Source: a virus
Strand: one strand, 5' to 3'
DNA: 64,000 nt
Virus record (IMG/VR): IMGVR_UViG_3300034061_001913
Coordinates: 1 to 64,000 of that record
Shown: one piece after another, positions 38,815-48,871 of the stretch
Layout: each line of letters begins with the position of its first letter
Numbering within the stretch: position 1 is the stretch's first letter
Notes under the pieces: generated by a model
The model's database searches: none
Told to the model about the DNA's origin: nothing
The model's input: the letters and a program-made list of their open reading frames with translations, nothing else
Program-made: the position numbers and the translations under genes

Positions 38815-39052
38815 GTATTGTTTTTTCTTTTACTAACAAAGTCTTTTTCTGGACTTGAAGCGAATCGACTTTTGTGTTTAACTTATTTATCTCTGAGTAG
38901 ATAGAGTCTAATTTAGTATCACGGACAGATGTCTCGTAGTTCTGTGAGCAAGATTTAAAAATTAAAACCAAGCCTAAAAAAAGAACAATCAAGGATACAG
39001 TATCCAAGAGTATAGTAAAGTTAGTCTTTAGTACAGAGTTTAATTTCTTCAT
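38699..39052 (-). CDS. membrane-anchored coiled-coil protein, spanin-like
   Basis: TM helix, Cys, coiled coil; coupled to the endolysin. Confidence 0.55.
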   Translation of the reverse strand: MKKLNSVLKTNFTILLDTVSLIVLFLGLVLIFKSCSQNYETSVRDTKLDSIYSEINKLNTKVDSLQVQKKTLLVKEKTIHEEHLKTIERIILTADSSQHIITEELIREHKALDSAIK

Positions 39053-39519
39053 TAGTCTTTTACCTCAAAATGCATAAAATCTCGATTTTGCTCTCTACCT
39101 AAAGATGTTAAGCCGTTCTTATAAGCTATGTCAATCATAGCTTTATATTCTGGTCTTGCAAATCTTGCAGTCTTGCTAGTTTCTTTAAGTTGGTTTCTTT
39201 CTGGGTCCAAGTCAATTGCAATTCCCCAAGAATGGCGACTAAATTCTGTACCGCCTCTCATAGCTCTGTAATTGAAACATCCGCCAAAAATATCTATGCC
39301 CAGCTCTACTAGCTTTTCATATCCGTAATGGGCCAAGAGTTCATTAAAGAATCCTGTGAATCTATCAGCAGCTAGTCTATGGCATTTCATCTTAGTTACT
39401 TTAACAGACTTATCCCAGGCTAGTCGCATAGGATAAGGTAAGTTGATAGTAACAAGGTATGGTTTTCCGTCTTGAGTTGGTTTACCATATTTCTCAAAAC
39501 ATTGTTTTTGGGTTATCAT
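39052..39519 (-). CDS. endolysin, peptidase M15 family
   Basis: FNYR...SRHSWGIAIDL...DFMHFE. Confidence 0.88.
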   Translation of the reverse strand: MITQKQCFEKYGKPTQDGKPYLVTINLPYPMRLAWDKSVKVTKMKCHRLAADRFTGFFNELLAHYGYEKLVELGIDIFGGCFNYRAMRGGTEFSRHSWGIAIDLDPERNQLKETSKTARFARPEYKAMIDIAYKNGLTSLGREQNRDFMHFEVKD

Positions 39520-39561
39520 GGTTTGGCAAAAATAGATTTTTAAAAAATTAAGTCAATACTC

Positions 39562-42500
39562 CTATTCAATCACGTTGTCTTCCATCTCATTTAGTAGTGC
39601 CCTTTGTTCTGAGCCTTTCCAATACAGTTCACTTTGTTTTTGCTCAATCAATCTTCTTAGAGATGTTCTGTATTCAACGTCGTCAGTTTGGCTTGCTTCA
39701 ATACTCAAAGCTTTGATTGCTTTTTTAAGCTGCTTCATGCCCTTTCGTGTTTCTTGTAGATCTTCCTCAGTAGATTGTAAATAGTATTTTGGGTTATAGT
39801 GAGTAAAGGTTCTATATCTATATTCCGGATTAAGGAAGTAGTTCATAGACCCAGCTAGTTTACTTTGTTCTAGGAATAAAGCAACTATATTAGAGTGTCC
39901 TTTTAAAGCAGGGTTAATTGGAACATCTTTACGATTTGATATATAACCATCTTTGTCTCTTTGTACGTATTCGTCAAATAGGTTATAAGTTTCTTGTGTA
40001 GCAAAACTATAACCCTCTCTCAACAAATCATAACTTGCTTGGTAAGGAAGCAGTACATTCTTACTAGTGTAATATTGAACTATGTTTACTTGAGTATTCT
40101 TATCAGTAACTCTTCCGTAGTATATAGAAGCAGGACTAGCAATAGGATGCAAAGTCTCTATTTCATCTATAAGATATACTAAGTTGTAGAGTGCAAAGTA
40201 AGTACCCCAGTTATCTTCGTCATCACCTGAATCTCCTTTAACTAAACCAGACAAAGCATAAGCTATAGACATAAGAGTTACAATTGCTAGTGTGTCATAC
40301 AAAGCACCTCTTAATGCTCTTCTTGATGTACGATCTAAGGTTAACATATAAGCTTGTATACCTTCTTTTCCTTGGGTAAGAGCTTTAAGGAATTTATAAG
40401 ACTGTTCAACAACAGCTCTATAAAAACCTTCATACTCATAACCTCCGCCATAAGAAATTCTTCTACCACCAAAACGTCTAATAGCTTGATAAGCTAACCA
40501 GCTTCTCATGTAACCGGCTAGTCTACCTAGAGCAAATCTTTTGTATTCTCCTTGGTCCATTTTTGCATAAGCTCCATTTACAACTGCTGTTATGCTATGA
40601 AGCTTTTTCATAAAGTAAGACTCTTGAGCTTTTACTTCGGCCTCATCAAACTCAGGCTTTATTCTAATCTCTCCATCTACTATTTCATAGGCATCTTTTA
40701 AGGTTCTTTGCTCACCTGACGTATTCTTGATAAAAGTCTTTTTCAAAAGGGCCTCATAGATACCAATAGTAGTTTCCATTTCAAGGAAGCTTCTTCCAAA
40801 TCTAAGCAAGCTTAATGGGCTATAAGTTTTACCTTCTCTGAAAGGATTGTTAACAATGTTTCTTAGCTTTTCATTCTGTTCTTTTGGGAACACATGGAAG
40901 TAATCAAGCATCTTAACATAATCAGATTCTCTTCCTACACGAGTATCTCTATCGGCCAAGAACAAGTCTTTAATATGTAGTGCGCCTTCTCCCATTCCAG
41001 CAAATATGTCTCCAGGGGATAAATCAAATTCTCCTGCTTGGATTAGTGTATTTTGTAAGTTACTGAAAAAGTTCTTTATTGCAGAAGGTACGTTATAGTT
41101 CAAAGAAAGCTTTCTTCCTGCACTAAGTAATGGGTCAGACAATAAACCTATAAGTCTACCAAACTTACCGTCTCTAGTGTTTATTCCAAAGAGTTGTTTT
41201 TCATAAAGATTCTCAATCATCTTTATGGTGTACTGTCCTTTTTCTTCTTTGCCTATTTTCTTAGAAGACAGAATATCTTCTAGACCGAATAGAGTTGGTG
41301 CGTTCTTGAGAGCTATTTTAAACTTTTCAGCTTCGTGGTTGAACATAGTTAAAGAGGCAAATACGTTTCTGCTCTTTAAGCCTCTGTCCATATTAGAAGA
41401 GTACTTTAAATAAAGTTTTCTGTGTACTCTACTAGAAGTTTTTACACCGGCCAAGGAATCTTCGTCTTCTTCGTTAACACCTAAAACATTATCTCTAACA
41501 TCTAAGTATTTTAGCCTTAATTGTTCTACAGGATTTAAAGTCAAGCCAAAGTTTGTAAACTTATCTTTTCTTACAGAAGGAAGCACTAGTCCTCTTCTTA
41601 AAGAAGCTGGCAAGTCTTGCTGGCTTTTCTGATTCATCTCAGTCAACTCTGCTAAGATTTCTCTTTCTGCAGGGTCAAGATTGTTGTATGATTCATTTAC
41701 ATACTGAGAAGTTGGTCTTAACTGTACTCTTCCTGGAATATATTTATAATCAGGATTAACAAACAAAGGCTTACCTGTTTGAGGATTTAGTACTTGATCG
41801 TTTACCCGGTATGAATTCCAACGGAAAGAAGGAGTAGTTCTATTGATATATCTTTCGTCTACAACTTCATTAATAGAATCCCAAGGAAGTATCTCATTCC
41901 AGAAGTAAAGAGGTTCAAAACTCTTTATTTTTCTTCTAACCATAGGATCAAACTTCTCTACAGGAATGTGGTTAGCTTTAAACCAAGGAGACTTTTGGAA
42001 AGCAATCATTACCTCTCTATCAATAGCTGATGTGTTAAGCAAAGATTCTTTTTCATACAAAACGTTAAGGGCTTCTCTAGCTGCCATTTCTCCTATCTCT
42101 AATGCTGTTAAGTTAGGATACTTCTTTTGAGTAGCTAAGGTTGCTTCTTTTAGATACTTTTCATAGTTTAAAGCAAGGTCCGGATTTAACTGCATAAACT
42201 CAACAACTACTTGAGCCCTAGTTTGTGACAAGGCATTATTATAAGCAGCCGTATAATAATCAGTTGATTGTCTAGTTTGAATGTCATTTAACTGAGCAAA
42301 CAAATCTGCAAGGATAGCTTTGTCTTCTTTAGAAACTAGCTTTGCTTTTTTGAACTCATCCATGTTAGAGTTAAGCTCTTCTTGGAGTTCCTTAATTCTA
42401 GTGCTTATATCTAAAGGAATGTTAGTACCTACATAAATACCGTTTGAATCTCTATAACCTTTAAGTAGGTTAAAGATTTCGTCCCAGATTTCTGAAGCAG

Positions 42501-44490
42501 TTCTAATATTTACATTCTCTTCTTGGAAAACTTCTAAGTAATCTGCTTGAATTTCAGATATAGCATCTAAGATTTCTCTTCTTTGTTTGTACCAATCAGG
42601 GTCAATAGTACGTCTTACGTTTGCTTTAGACCAAGAATCAAGATTTTGTTTGGCTACATAAATAGCTCTTTTTGCGTCAGACAAACTGGCTGCAGTAACT
42701 TCTCCTTTATTATATAAGTCTAGTATCTCTTCGTAAGACTTTTCTGCTTTAGTTACTGCACTTGTATACTCATCTAGTTTGGCTTTCCATTGGTTTAATT
42801 TATCTTCGTCTGGTTCATAGGTAAAGAGTTGAGCAGCTCTTGTAGATTCTTTCCACTTTTTAATGTCCTCAGCTATAGCTAAATCCTCACCTACTTTAGG
42901 TGTACCATCTAAGTAAACAAAAGACTCTAATCTTTCTAGTTGAAAGCGAAGGTCTTCTATCTGTTCCATAACCATATCATTCAAAATGTCTCCACGATCT
43001 CTAGATTCTAGAAGTTTCATTTTGTCTATGATAGCTTTACGGGCTCTCTTTGCTCTCAAGGAAAGAGAACTCATTACTTGATAGTACTCTTCTGTTAATC
43101 CTCTGTCTTCGTTGGCTTCAACAAAACGAGCTAGGTTTTCTTCATCTTCAAAAGTATCCTCACCATTTAGTTTCTTTTGAGCTATAGCGTGTTCTTTTCT
43201 TACTCTTTCGTTTTTGTAACCAATCTCATCCATCTCAGACTGAAGAGCTAAGTCTTGTCTTGTTTCAAGTTCACCATTTTGATTTACAAAAACTACATCT
43301 ACTTCTCTTACGTATGTGTCAAAGAAACTATCCTCGTTTAAACTTGTTAGGAAGTTTCCTCCTTTGCTTCTATAGTGGTCTAGTGCTTTTTTAACAAGCT
43401 TAGACATTTGGTTTTGAAACTTCTGAGAGTTCTGGTCTGCAGTTGTTTGCATATCCCAGATAAAATTACCTGTAGAACCAGTTAATATGTTGGAAGACAA
43501 CTGAGCAGATTCAAGCCAATAAGACCACCAGTTTACATGGTCTTGGTTTTCAAACCCTTCCTCTTCTAAAGCCTTTTGAATATTCTCTTTAGTTGCATAT
43601 TGTTGGGCTCTCTTTTCTAATTTAACTATAGCTTGCTTTAGAGTGTCTATTACTTGCTTTCTATTTTTTGTAGGACCTTGTTCTTGTAATCTTTCAAGCC
43701 TTTGTTTTTCTGCTCTTAGCTTCTCTAGTTCTTTTTGGTTATTGGCAAGAAGCTCTTGAGACTGTTTATGTATAACAGTAGCAAGTTCTGCAGCTACTCT
43801 AGGTATTGAAAACTTTTCATTCTTTTCTTTGATAGCCTTAGCACTTGATTCTATACTAGCCATAACTTCTTTTAAGAAGTTGGTTCCAGTACTATCCATC
43901 ATAGATTTAAAGTAAGGCTTCCAATCATTTATACTGTTCTTTAGTTGGTTTGCTAGTTGAGTAGCAAAGTATGCAGTGCTTGCTCTTTCTTTTTCCGGAA
44001 TACTCTCATCAGCTAAGTGGGCCGATAAAGCTTCTTCCATTGCTTTTAAGTATGTAGAGTTTTCATACAAGTAACTAAGTATGCCTTCTGCTATCTTTTT
44101 AATATCGGTTTCAGAAGCAAGGTCCTCTAGAATTCTAGAAGAACCTATCAAAGATATATTTTTAATCTGTGCCCTCTTTGCCAAGTCTATAATAGCTGGC
44201 CAATTTGTGCTTTCTATTAAACCACGTAGTTTACTATAAAAGTCGTCAGTCTTTTCTAACTCATCTTTAAGTTGGTCTAACGAGTCTAGGTTCCTAGCAA
44301 TAGCTGGGTGGATATAAGACTGTTTTTCTAGTCTTATCTGATTGTATATACTTGTTGCTAGTTCCGGAGTTAAAGGACGATTAGTATACTTTTCATTGTA
44401 TACCTCAAGAATCTTAGAGGTAGCTACCTCATTAAAAAGAAGTACTATTGCTTTAACTTCTGGATCGTTTATATTTAGACAAGTTGCCAT
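39562..44490 (-). CDS. large virion cargo (ejection) protein
   Basis: 1642 aa, helical, C-terminal hydrophobic segment, last gene of the vRNAP cluster; single Cys at residue 4. Confidence 0.75.
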   Translation of the reverse strand: MATCLNINDPEVKAIVLLFNEVATSKILEVYNEKYTNRPLTPELATSIYNQIRLEKQSYIHPAIARNLDSLDQLKDELEKTDDFYSKLRGLIESTNWPAIIDLAKRAQIKNISLIGSSRILEDLASETDIKKIAEGILSYLYENSTYLKAMEEALSAHLADESIPEKERASTAYFATQLANQLKNSINDWKPYFKSMMDSTGTNFLKEVMASIESSAKAIKEKNEKFSIPRVAAELATVIHKQSQELLANNQKELEKLRAEKQRLERLQEQGPTKNRKQVIDTLKQAIVKLEKRAQQYATKENIQKALEEEGFENQDHVNWWSYWLESAQLSSNILTGSTGNFIWDMQTTADQNSQKFQNQMSKLVKKALDHYRSKGGNFLTSLNEDSFFDTYVREVDVVFVNQNGELETRQDLALQSEMDEIGYKNERVRKEHAIAQKKLNGEDTFEDEENLARFVEANEDRGLTEEYYQVMSSLSLRAKRARKAIIDKMKLLESRDRGDILNDMVMEQIEDLRFQLERLESFVYLDGTPKVGEDLAIAEDIKKWKESTRAAQLFTYEPDEDKLNQWKAKLDEYTSAVTKAEKSYEEILDLYNKGEVTAASLSDAKRAIYVAKQNLDSWSKANVRRTIDPDWYKQRREILDAISEIQADYLEVFQEENVNIRTASEIWDEIFNLLKGYRDSNGIYVGTNIPLDISTRIKELQEELNSNMDEFKKAKLVSKEDKAILADLFAQLNDIQTRQSTDYYTAAYNNALSQTRAQVVVEFMQLNPDLALNYEKYLKEATLATQKKYPNLTALEIGEMAAREALNVLYEKESLLNTSAIDREVMIAFQKSPWFKANHIPVEKFDPMVRRKIKSFEPLYFWNEILPWDSINEVVDERYINRTTPSFRWNSYRVNDQVLNPQTGKPLFVNPDYKYIPGRVQLRPTSQYVNESYNNLDPAEREILAELTEMNQKSQQDLPASLRRGLVLPSVRKDKFTNFGLTLNPVEQLRLKYLDVRDNVLGVNEEDEDSLAGVKTSSRVHRKLYLKYSSNMDRGLKSRNVFASLTMFNHEAEKFKIALKNAPTLFGLEDILSSKKIGKEEKGQYTIKMIENLYEKQLFGINTRDGKFGRLIGLLSDPLLSAGRKLSLNYNVPSAIKNFFSNLQNTLIQAGEFDLSPGDIFAGMGEGALHIKDLFLADRDTRVGRESDYVKMLDYFHVFPKEQNEKLRNIVNNPFREGKTYSPLSLLRFGRSFLEMETTIGIYEALLKKTFIKNTSGEQRTLKDAYEIVDGEIRIKPEFDEAEVKAQESYFMKKLHSITAVVNGAYAKMDQGEYKRFALGRLAGYMRSWLAYQAIRRFGGRRISYGGGYEYEGFYRAVVEQSYKFLKALTQGKEGIQAYMLTLDRTSRRALRGALYDTLAIVTLMSIAYALSGLVKGDSGDDEDNWGTYFALYNLVYLIDEIETLHPIASPASIYYGRVTDKNTQVNIVQYYTSKNVLLPYQASYDLLREGYSFATQETYNLFDEYVQRDKDGYISNRKDVPINPALKGHSNIVALFLEQSKLAGSMNYFLNPEYRYRTFTHYNPKYYLQSTEEDLQETRKGMKQLKKAIKALSIEASQTDDVEYRTSLRRLIEQKQSELYWKGSEQRALLNEMEDNVIE

Positions 44491-44516
44491 GTATTTTTTT
44501 GTGTTTATTTTTCGGT

Positions 44517-44786
44517 TTACAATTTACAGCTAAGGAAGTATTCTTTTGCATCTTCCTCTGGCATATTTGGGTTTTCTTCAATAAAGTCTTCTAGCTGGTC
44601 TTCTATGGAAGGTTCCATAGTTGTTTCTGTGGCGGTAGGTTGAGATTTAAGAAACTGTTTAAATCCTTCTATATCTTCTTTATTACCTAAAAAATTACCA
44701 GCAAACTCAAAAAAATGAGATTTAAAATACTCATTAAATTCTGGTTGAGAGTATTTTTTATTATTATATGTTATTGTGCAAGCCAT
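44517..44786 (-). CDS. 89 aa protein, probable displaced C-terminus of the 1146 aa protein
   Basis: [13 protein letters not shown] duplicates [13 protein letters not shown] of the upstream protein; Cys at both ends. Confidence 0.7.
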   Translation of the reverse strand: MACTITYNNKKYSQPEFNEYFKSHFFEFAGNFLGNKEDIEGFKQFLKSQPTATETTMEPSIEDQLEDFIEENPNMPEEDAKEYFLSCKL

Positions 44787-45418
44787 ATTTGATTGTTCTT
44801 TATTTTGTAAATTGTTGTAATTGAAACATTAAATTTATTAGCTAATTCTTTTACTGATTTATTAGAACTTCTAATAAAAGAAACACTATCCCAATTCAAT
44901 TTAGCAGAATTATTATTCTGCCCTTTTTTAGATTCTGATAATTCTTTAGCTCTCTTTTGAGCAGCTAATTTAAGATTTAATTTATGTTCTTCTGAAAATA
45001 TTTTTCCCTTACCAGATTCAGACATTTTGTTTTTAGTTTCTTCTGAAACAGTAAATCCATAACCTCTTACAGCTTTACCTTTTCTTTTTTCTGACATTTT
45101 TTGTTTAGTTTCATCTGATGCTTTTAAACCGTAATTACTTTCTGCAATCAATCTAATGTTAAATTTATTGCTGTACTGTTTTAAAAACCATTGTTCTAAT
45201 TTAATACAATATTCAGAAGGACATGTTGCTAATATTTTAAAATCTACATTTTCAATTCCATATTTATTTACAAAGTTTTGTAAGGGTTTATTTACATGAA
45301 AATTAGACCTTAATTTATCAAAATGTGTTTTCTTTCTTAAACAAAAATTGGTTGCAGAGCCTATATAAACCCTATTATCTATTTTAGAAAATATTCCGTA
45401 AACTCCTGAATTTAACAT
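44771..45418 (-). CDS. GIY-YIG homing endonuclease with NUMOD3-like repeats
   Basis: GVYGI...VYIGS...R...H...HVN..LQ...E...N; [23 protein letters not shown]. Confidence 0.9.
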   Translation of the reverse strand: MLNSGVYGIFSKIDNRVYIGSATNFCLRKKTHFDKLRSNFHVNKPLQNFVNKYGIENVDFKILATCPSEYCIKLEQWFLKQYSNKFNIRLIAESNYGLKASDETKQKMSEKRKGKAVRGYGFTVSEETKNKMSESGKGKIFSEEHKLNLKLAAQKRAKELSESKKGQNNNSAKLNWDSVSFIRSSNKSVKELANKFNVSITTIYKIKNNQIWLAQ

Positions 45419-48400
45419 ACTCTATCTATTTTACCAGTTTCTATTAATCTGTTTTCTATTTCCATAGAAGACTTGTTTATAATAAATTGTCTGAATTGTT
45501 CATAAGTTCCATATTTAGCAAATTCGCTATTTTCAAAAGCCATGTAATTTTTGAAACCTTGAATATCAGTTTTAGATAAAAGTATATGTATTTGTTCTGG
45601 TTCAAATACTATAATTTGTTCTTCGTTAATTCCAAAAGTTTCTTTTTCATCCACATCTTTTGCAATTACCGCATCATGAACCTTTATCCATTTTTGTACA
45701 TTCTGCTTATTCCAATTATTTATCCATTCTGGGTTTTCCTTAGTATTAATCTGTTCTTCCGCTACTATTTGTCCTATTTCCTTCCAATGAGTTTCTTCTT
45801 TTATTATTCTTGGATTTTTAATATTAAGCAAAATAGGATAAATAGTTTCTTTATATTTATCTTTTACACTTTTTTGATATTCTTTATTTGATGCAATTTC
45901 TTCATTTTCATCGTATTTTTCTGAAATTTCAGTGTCTATTCTGTCTTGTGTTCTAAAAGAAGAGTATCTTTCAGCAGTTTCTTTATTTCCAAACCAATAT
46001 CCTCTAATATTATTTGGAGCTTTAAAATTTTCAATATTAGGATTACTTGTACCATGATAAACAATATCTTTTACTTGACTATCAGGAAAGATAGTATCTA
46101 AATACTGAGAGTATGCTTGTAAAGCTTGTTGTTTTTGCTCTGGGGTTATTGAAGAAAAGACTTCGTTATTACCATCAAAGACTCCTACAGTTCCTTGTAT
46201 GGTATCAGTTAATGGTTGTACTTTGTCTAGATTCTTTTGTATCTCTTCGTTGCTTTCAAAAGGTTTTACTCCTTTAGCAGTTGATAGTGTGATGTGAGGG
46301 AATCTGTTTTTAGACAAAGGATTGTCTACAAGTAAAACATCTACTTTATATGTGGTAAGTCTTCCTACTATCTTAATCTCTTTGTTTTGTCCTATAGGAA
46401 GTCCGGTTAGATCACTTGGTTTAAATTCAATAGTAGAATGATGTGAGTACAGATTAGGATGAACTTGTTTGTATTTTGAAACTACATCATTTGTATCAAA
46501 GAACACAGCACTATATACAACGTTAGTTGCTTTAGGTTTAAACCCTAATGCTTCGTACACTTGATTAGCCAACTCAAAGTCAGAGTCAAATAGCTCTTCT
46601 AGTCCTGGTTTGATGATTACAGATTCTTTTTTTGTAGGAAGCTGGTAATACATTAATCGACTCTTTAAGTCAACAGGTGCTTCTATAGTGTCGCTAAACG
46701 GTTTCCACTTTTGGTAATCGTAGGAATCTTTAGGTCTGCCCATAGTAGATTGCTTTTCATAAAAAGACTCCGAGAAGTGATTGAGGGTTAATCCATACTC
46801 TTTCTCTGCTATAACAGTATACTCGCTAGAATCTCTAGGAGACAAGAAGAAGTCAAACAAGTACATCTTGGCAAGTTCTTCTTCGGTGTAGTTAGAAAGT
46901 CTTTTATTAAAAGAACCAGTATAGCTTTTAAAACGGTCTTTGAGGCTTTGGTCTTCTGACCATATTGCATTTATTGTAACGTAGTTAACACCAGCTTTGT
47001 TATTGTTGTAAGCATAAAGAAACTCGGTGTCTGGGTACTGTTGTTTAAGTTCTCTTAAAACAGGAATTTTTTGTGCTAGTTTTTCAGCGTTTATTCTTAC
47101 GTAGCCAAGGTTGCCTCTGATTTCAGAAATGTCTTTTGTTAACTCAACAAAATCTTCTATATCTAAAGAAATGCCGTGAATGTTTTGAGGAACTACATTA
47201 TCTATATCATGTAAAGCATCTATATTAGGTCTGTATGTTTCTCCTTGGTAACGGTAAGACAAGCTTCCAGTAATGATCATGCCGTGGTCTGAAAACCATT
47301 TCATGAATTTTAACGCTTTTCCACCATCTTTTTTATTCTGTTGTTTTATAGTTTCAGAATAAGAGAGCAGATTGTAGTTAGCAGTACTTCTTTGAATCCT
47401 GTCTAGCTTTTTGTAGTTGTTATTAAGAATGTCTCTAGCAATAGAATCTGCTGCAGTGTTCAAAGAAACATAAGGAACAGTGTCTAACAAGCTAAACACA
47501 TAGTCAATAAGCTCTTTTACTTTGGCCCAGAAGGTTTTTGATTTATCCATACCTTCATAGTTTCTTACTAGAGCCAAACCAATAACTTGTCCTATAGCTT
47601 CTTTTTTAATCCTAAAGTAATCAGGATTGCCTAGAGGTGTAACATACAAATTCTTATAGTCATTAACGACTCTTTCATATCCTTCCCAAGATTCTATGTT
47701 ATCAAATAGATATGTAATCAAAGGGTTCTCTGATTTTTTACCTGGGATGGCTCCTAGTAGTTCAACAAAGACGTGACCGTATTCTTCTGGCACAGTAAGA
47801 AGGTTTCGATTTTTTGCATAATAAACCGCTTTATTCAAAACGTCAAATACACCAGTGCTGTCTACACCAAACCTATCTTTTAGGCTTTCTATTTCTTCGT
47901 TTTTAATGTGGAACCTTTCAAAGTATTTGATAAGCAAGTTTTCCAACTCTTTGTTAATAGGTTCTAGAATTGCTTTATAATACTGTTCGTTAGAGTTTTT
48001 TTCAAACTGTTTTATGTAAAAGTTTAAAATTTCAGAAACCTTTAAGGTTCTAAGCTGTGGGTTATTATTTACCAACTCTAAGAACTCTTGTCTTAGTTTA
48101 GTATCAACCCCTGCTTTCTTTAAGACCTCGTTTAGATTTTTTTCGGAACCTATACCTAGTACAGATTTGTTTATTGACCGAAGTTTAGTGTTTAATTCAT
48201 CAATACTATTAAAGAGATTTCTAATTTGAAAGAATTTCATTTGGCCGGTTTCATCCATAATAGGCCCAATCTTTTGTTCAGTACCTCTAACTTCAGAACT
48301 TTCTACTAACTCTTGTGCTGGAGGAAACAGATCTAAAGCAATATCAGCAATCTCTTGACCTACCATACTCAAAGCAGTTGTTGCTTCACTAGGGGAAGCT

Positions 48401-48852
48401 GTTAACTGTTGGGACAATTCAAGTAAACCTTCCTCTACAGTAGAGGGGTCTTTTAATGCAACAGCTCCTATAGCATTGATGTTCTGTGCTAACTTAACTA
48501 CTTTATCTAGCTTTTCTTGTTTAATACTCTCTAGCTTTACCACTTCTTTTCTTCTTTTCTCTAGAGCATCAACCACAGAGTTGTTGTAAACCCAACGAGT
48601 TGTTGTGTATGTTTTACTAAAACCATATACATCAGGCCTTAAACCCTTTACCTCTGAAGTTTGAGTAGTAAGAACTTCTCCTTCTATAGATACTCCAAGC
48701 TGTTCTTTTAGCTTACGAGAAAACTCTTGGTTGAATAAACCAAAGTATTTTCTATCTAAGATAATGTTGCCATCGACTATAGGCTTTTGTCTATCATTTA
48801 CATAACTTTTTATATTGTCTGATATTACAGTATGTATGTTACATTCTTTCAT
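45412..48852 (-). CDS. polyvalent virion cargo protein (zincin-like, nucleotidyltransferase, 2H phosphoesterase, ART-like)
   Basis: EEYGH; ITGS...HDID...GRPKD..D; HHST/HITL; VYHGT...GYWF...LNIKNP...VFEPEQI. Confidence 0.75.
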   Translation of the reverse strand: MKECNIHTVISDNIKSYVNDRQKPIVDGNIILDRKYFGLFNQEFSRKLKEQLGVSIEGEVLTTQTSEVKGLRPDVYGFSKTYTTTRWVYNNSVVDALEKRRKEVVKLESIKQEKLDKVVKLAQNINAIGAVALKDPSTVEEGLLELSQQLTASPSEATTALSMVGQEIADIALDLFPPAQELVESSEVRGTEQKIGPIMDETGQMKFFQIRNLFNSIDELNTKLRSINKSVLGIGSEKNLNEVLKKAGVDTKLRQEFLELVNNNPQLRTLKVSEILNFYIKQFEKNSNEQYYKAILEPINKELENLLIKYFERFHIKNEEIESLKDRFGVDSTGVFDVLNKAVYYAKNRNLLTVPEEYGHVFVELLGAIPGKKSENPLITYLFDNIESWEGYERVVNDYKNLYVTPLGNPDYFRIKKEAIGQVIGLALVRNYEGMDKSKTFWAKVKELIDYVFSLLDTVPYVSLNTAADSIARDILNNNYKKLDRIQRSTANYNLLSYSETIKQQNKKDGGKALKFMKWFSDHGMIITGSLSYRYQGETYRPNIDALHDIDNVVPQNIHGISLDIEDFVELTKDISEIRGNLGYVRINAEKLAQKIPVLRELKQQYPDTEFLYAYNNNKAGVNYVTINAIWSEDQSLKDRFKSYTGSFNKRLSNYTEEELAKMYLFDFFLSPRDSSEYTVIAEKEYGLTLNHFSESFYEKQSTMGRPKDSYDYQKWKPFSDTIEAPVDLKSRLMYYQLPTKKESVIIKPGLEELFDSDFELANQVYEALGFKPKATNVVYSAVFFDTNDVVSKYKQVHPNLYSHHSTIEFKPSDLTGLPIGQNKEIKIVGRLTTYKVDVLLVDNPLSKNRFPHITLSTAKGVKPFESNEEIQKNLDKVQPLTDTIQGTVGVFDGNNEVFSSITPEQKQQALQAYSQYLDTIFPDSQVKDIVYHGTSNPNIENFKAPNNIRGYWFGNKETAERYSSFRTQDRIDTEISEKYDENEEIASNKEYQKSVKDKYKETIYPILLNIKNPRIIKEETHWKEIGQIVAEEQINTKENPEWINNWNKQNVQKWIKVHDAVIAKDVDEKETFGINEEQIIVFEPEQIHILLSKTDIQGFKNYMAFENSEFAKYGTYEQFRQFIINKSSMEIENRLIETGKIDRVC

Positions 48853-48871
48853 TCTTTTGTTGCTTTATTAC

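Noticed and set aside
44691-45582. Group I intron or intein around the GIY-YIG gene
   Set aside because: The insert is entirely coding with overlapping ORFs; no ribozyme core or C...HN intein ends were seen
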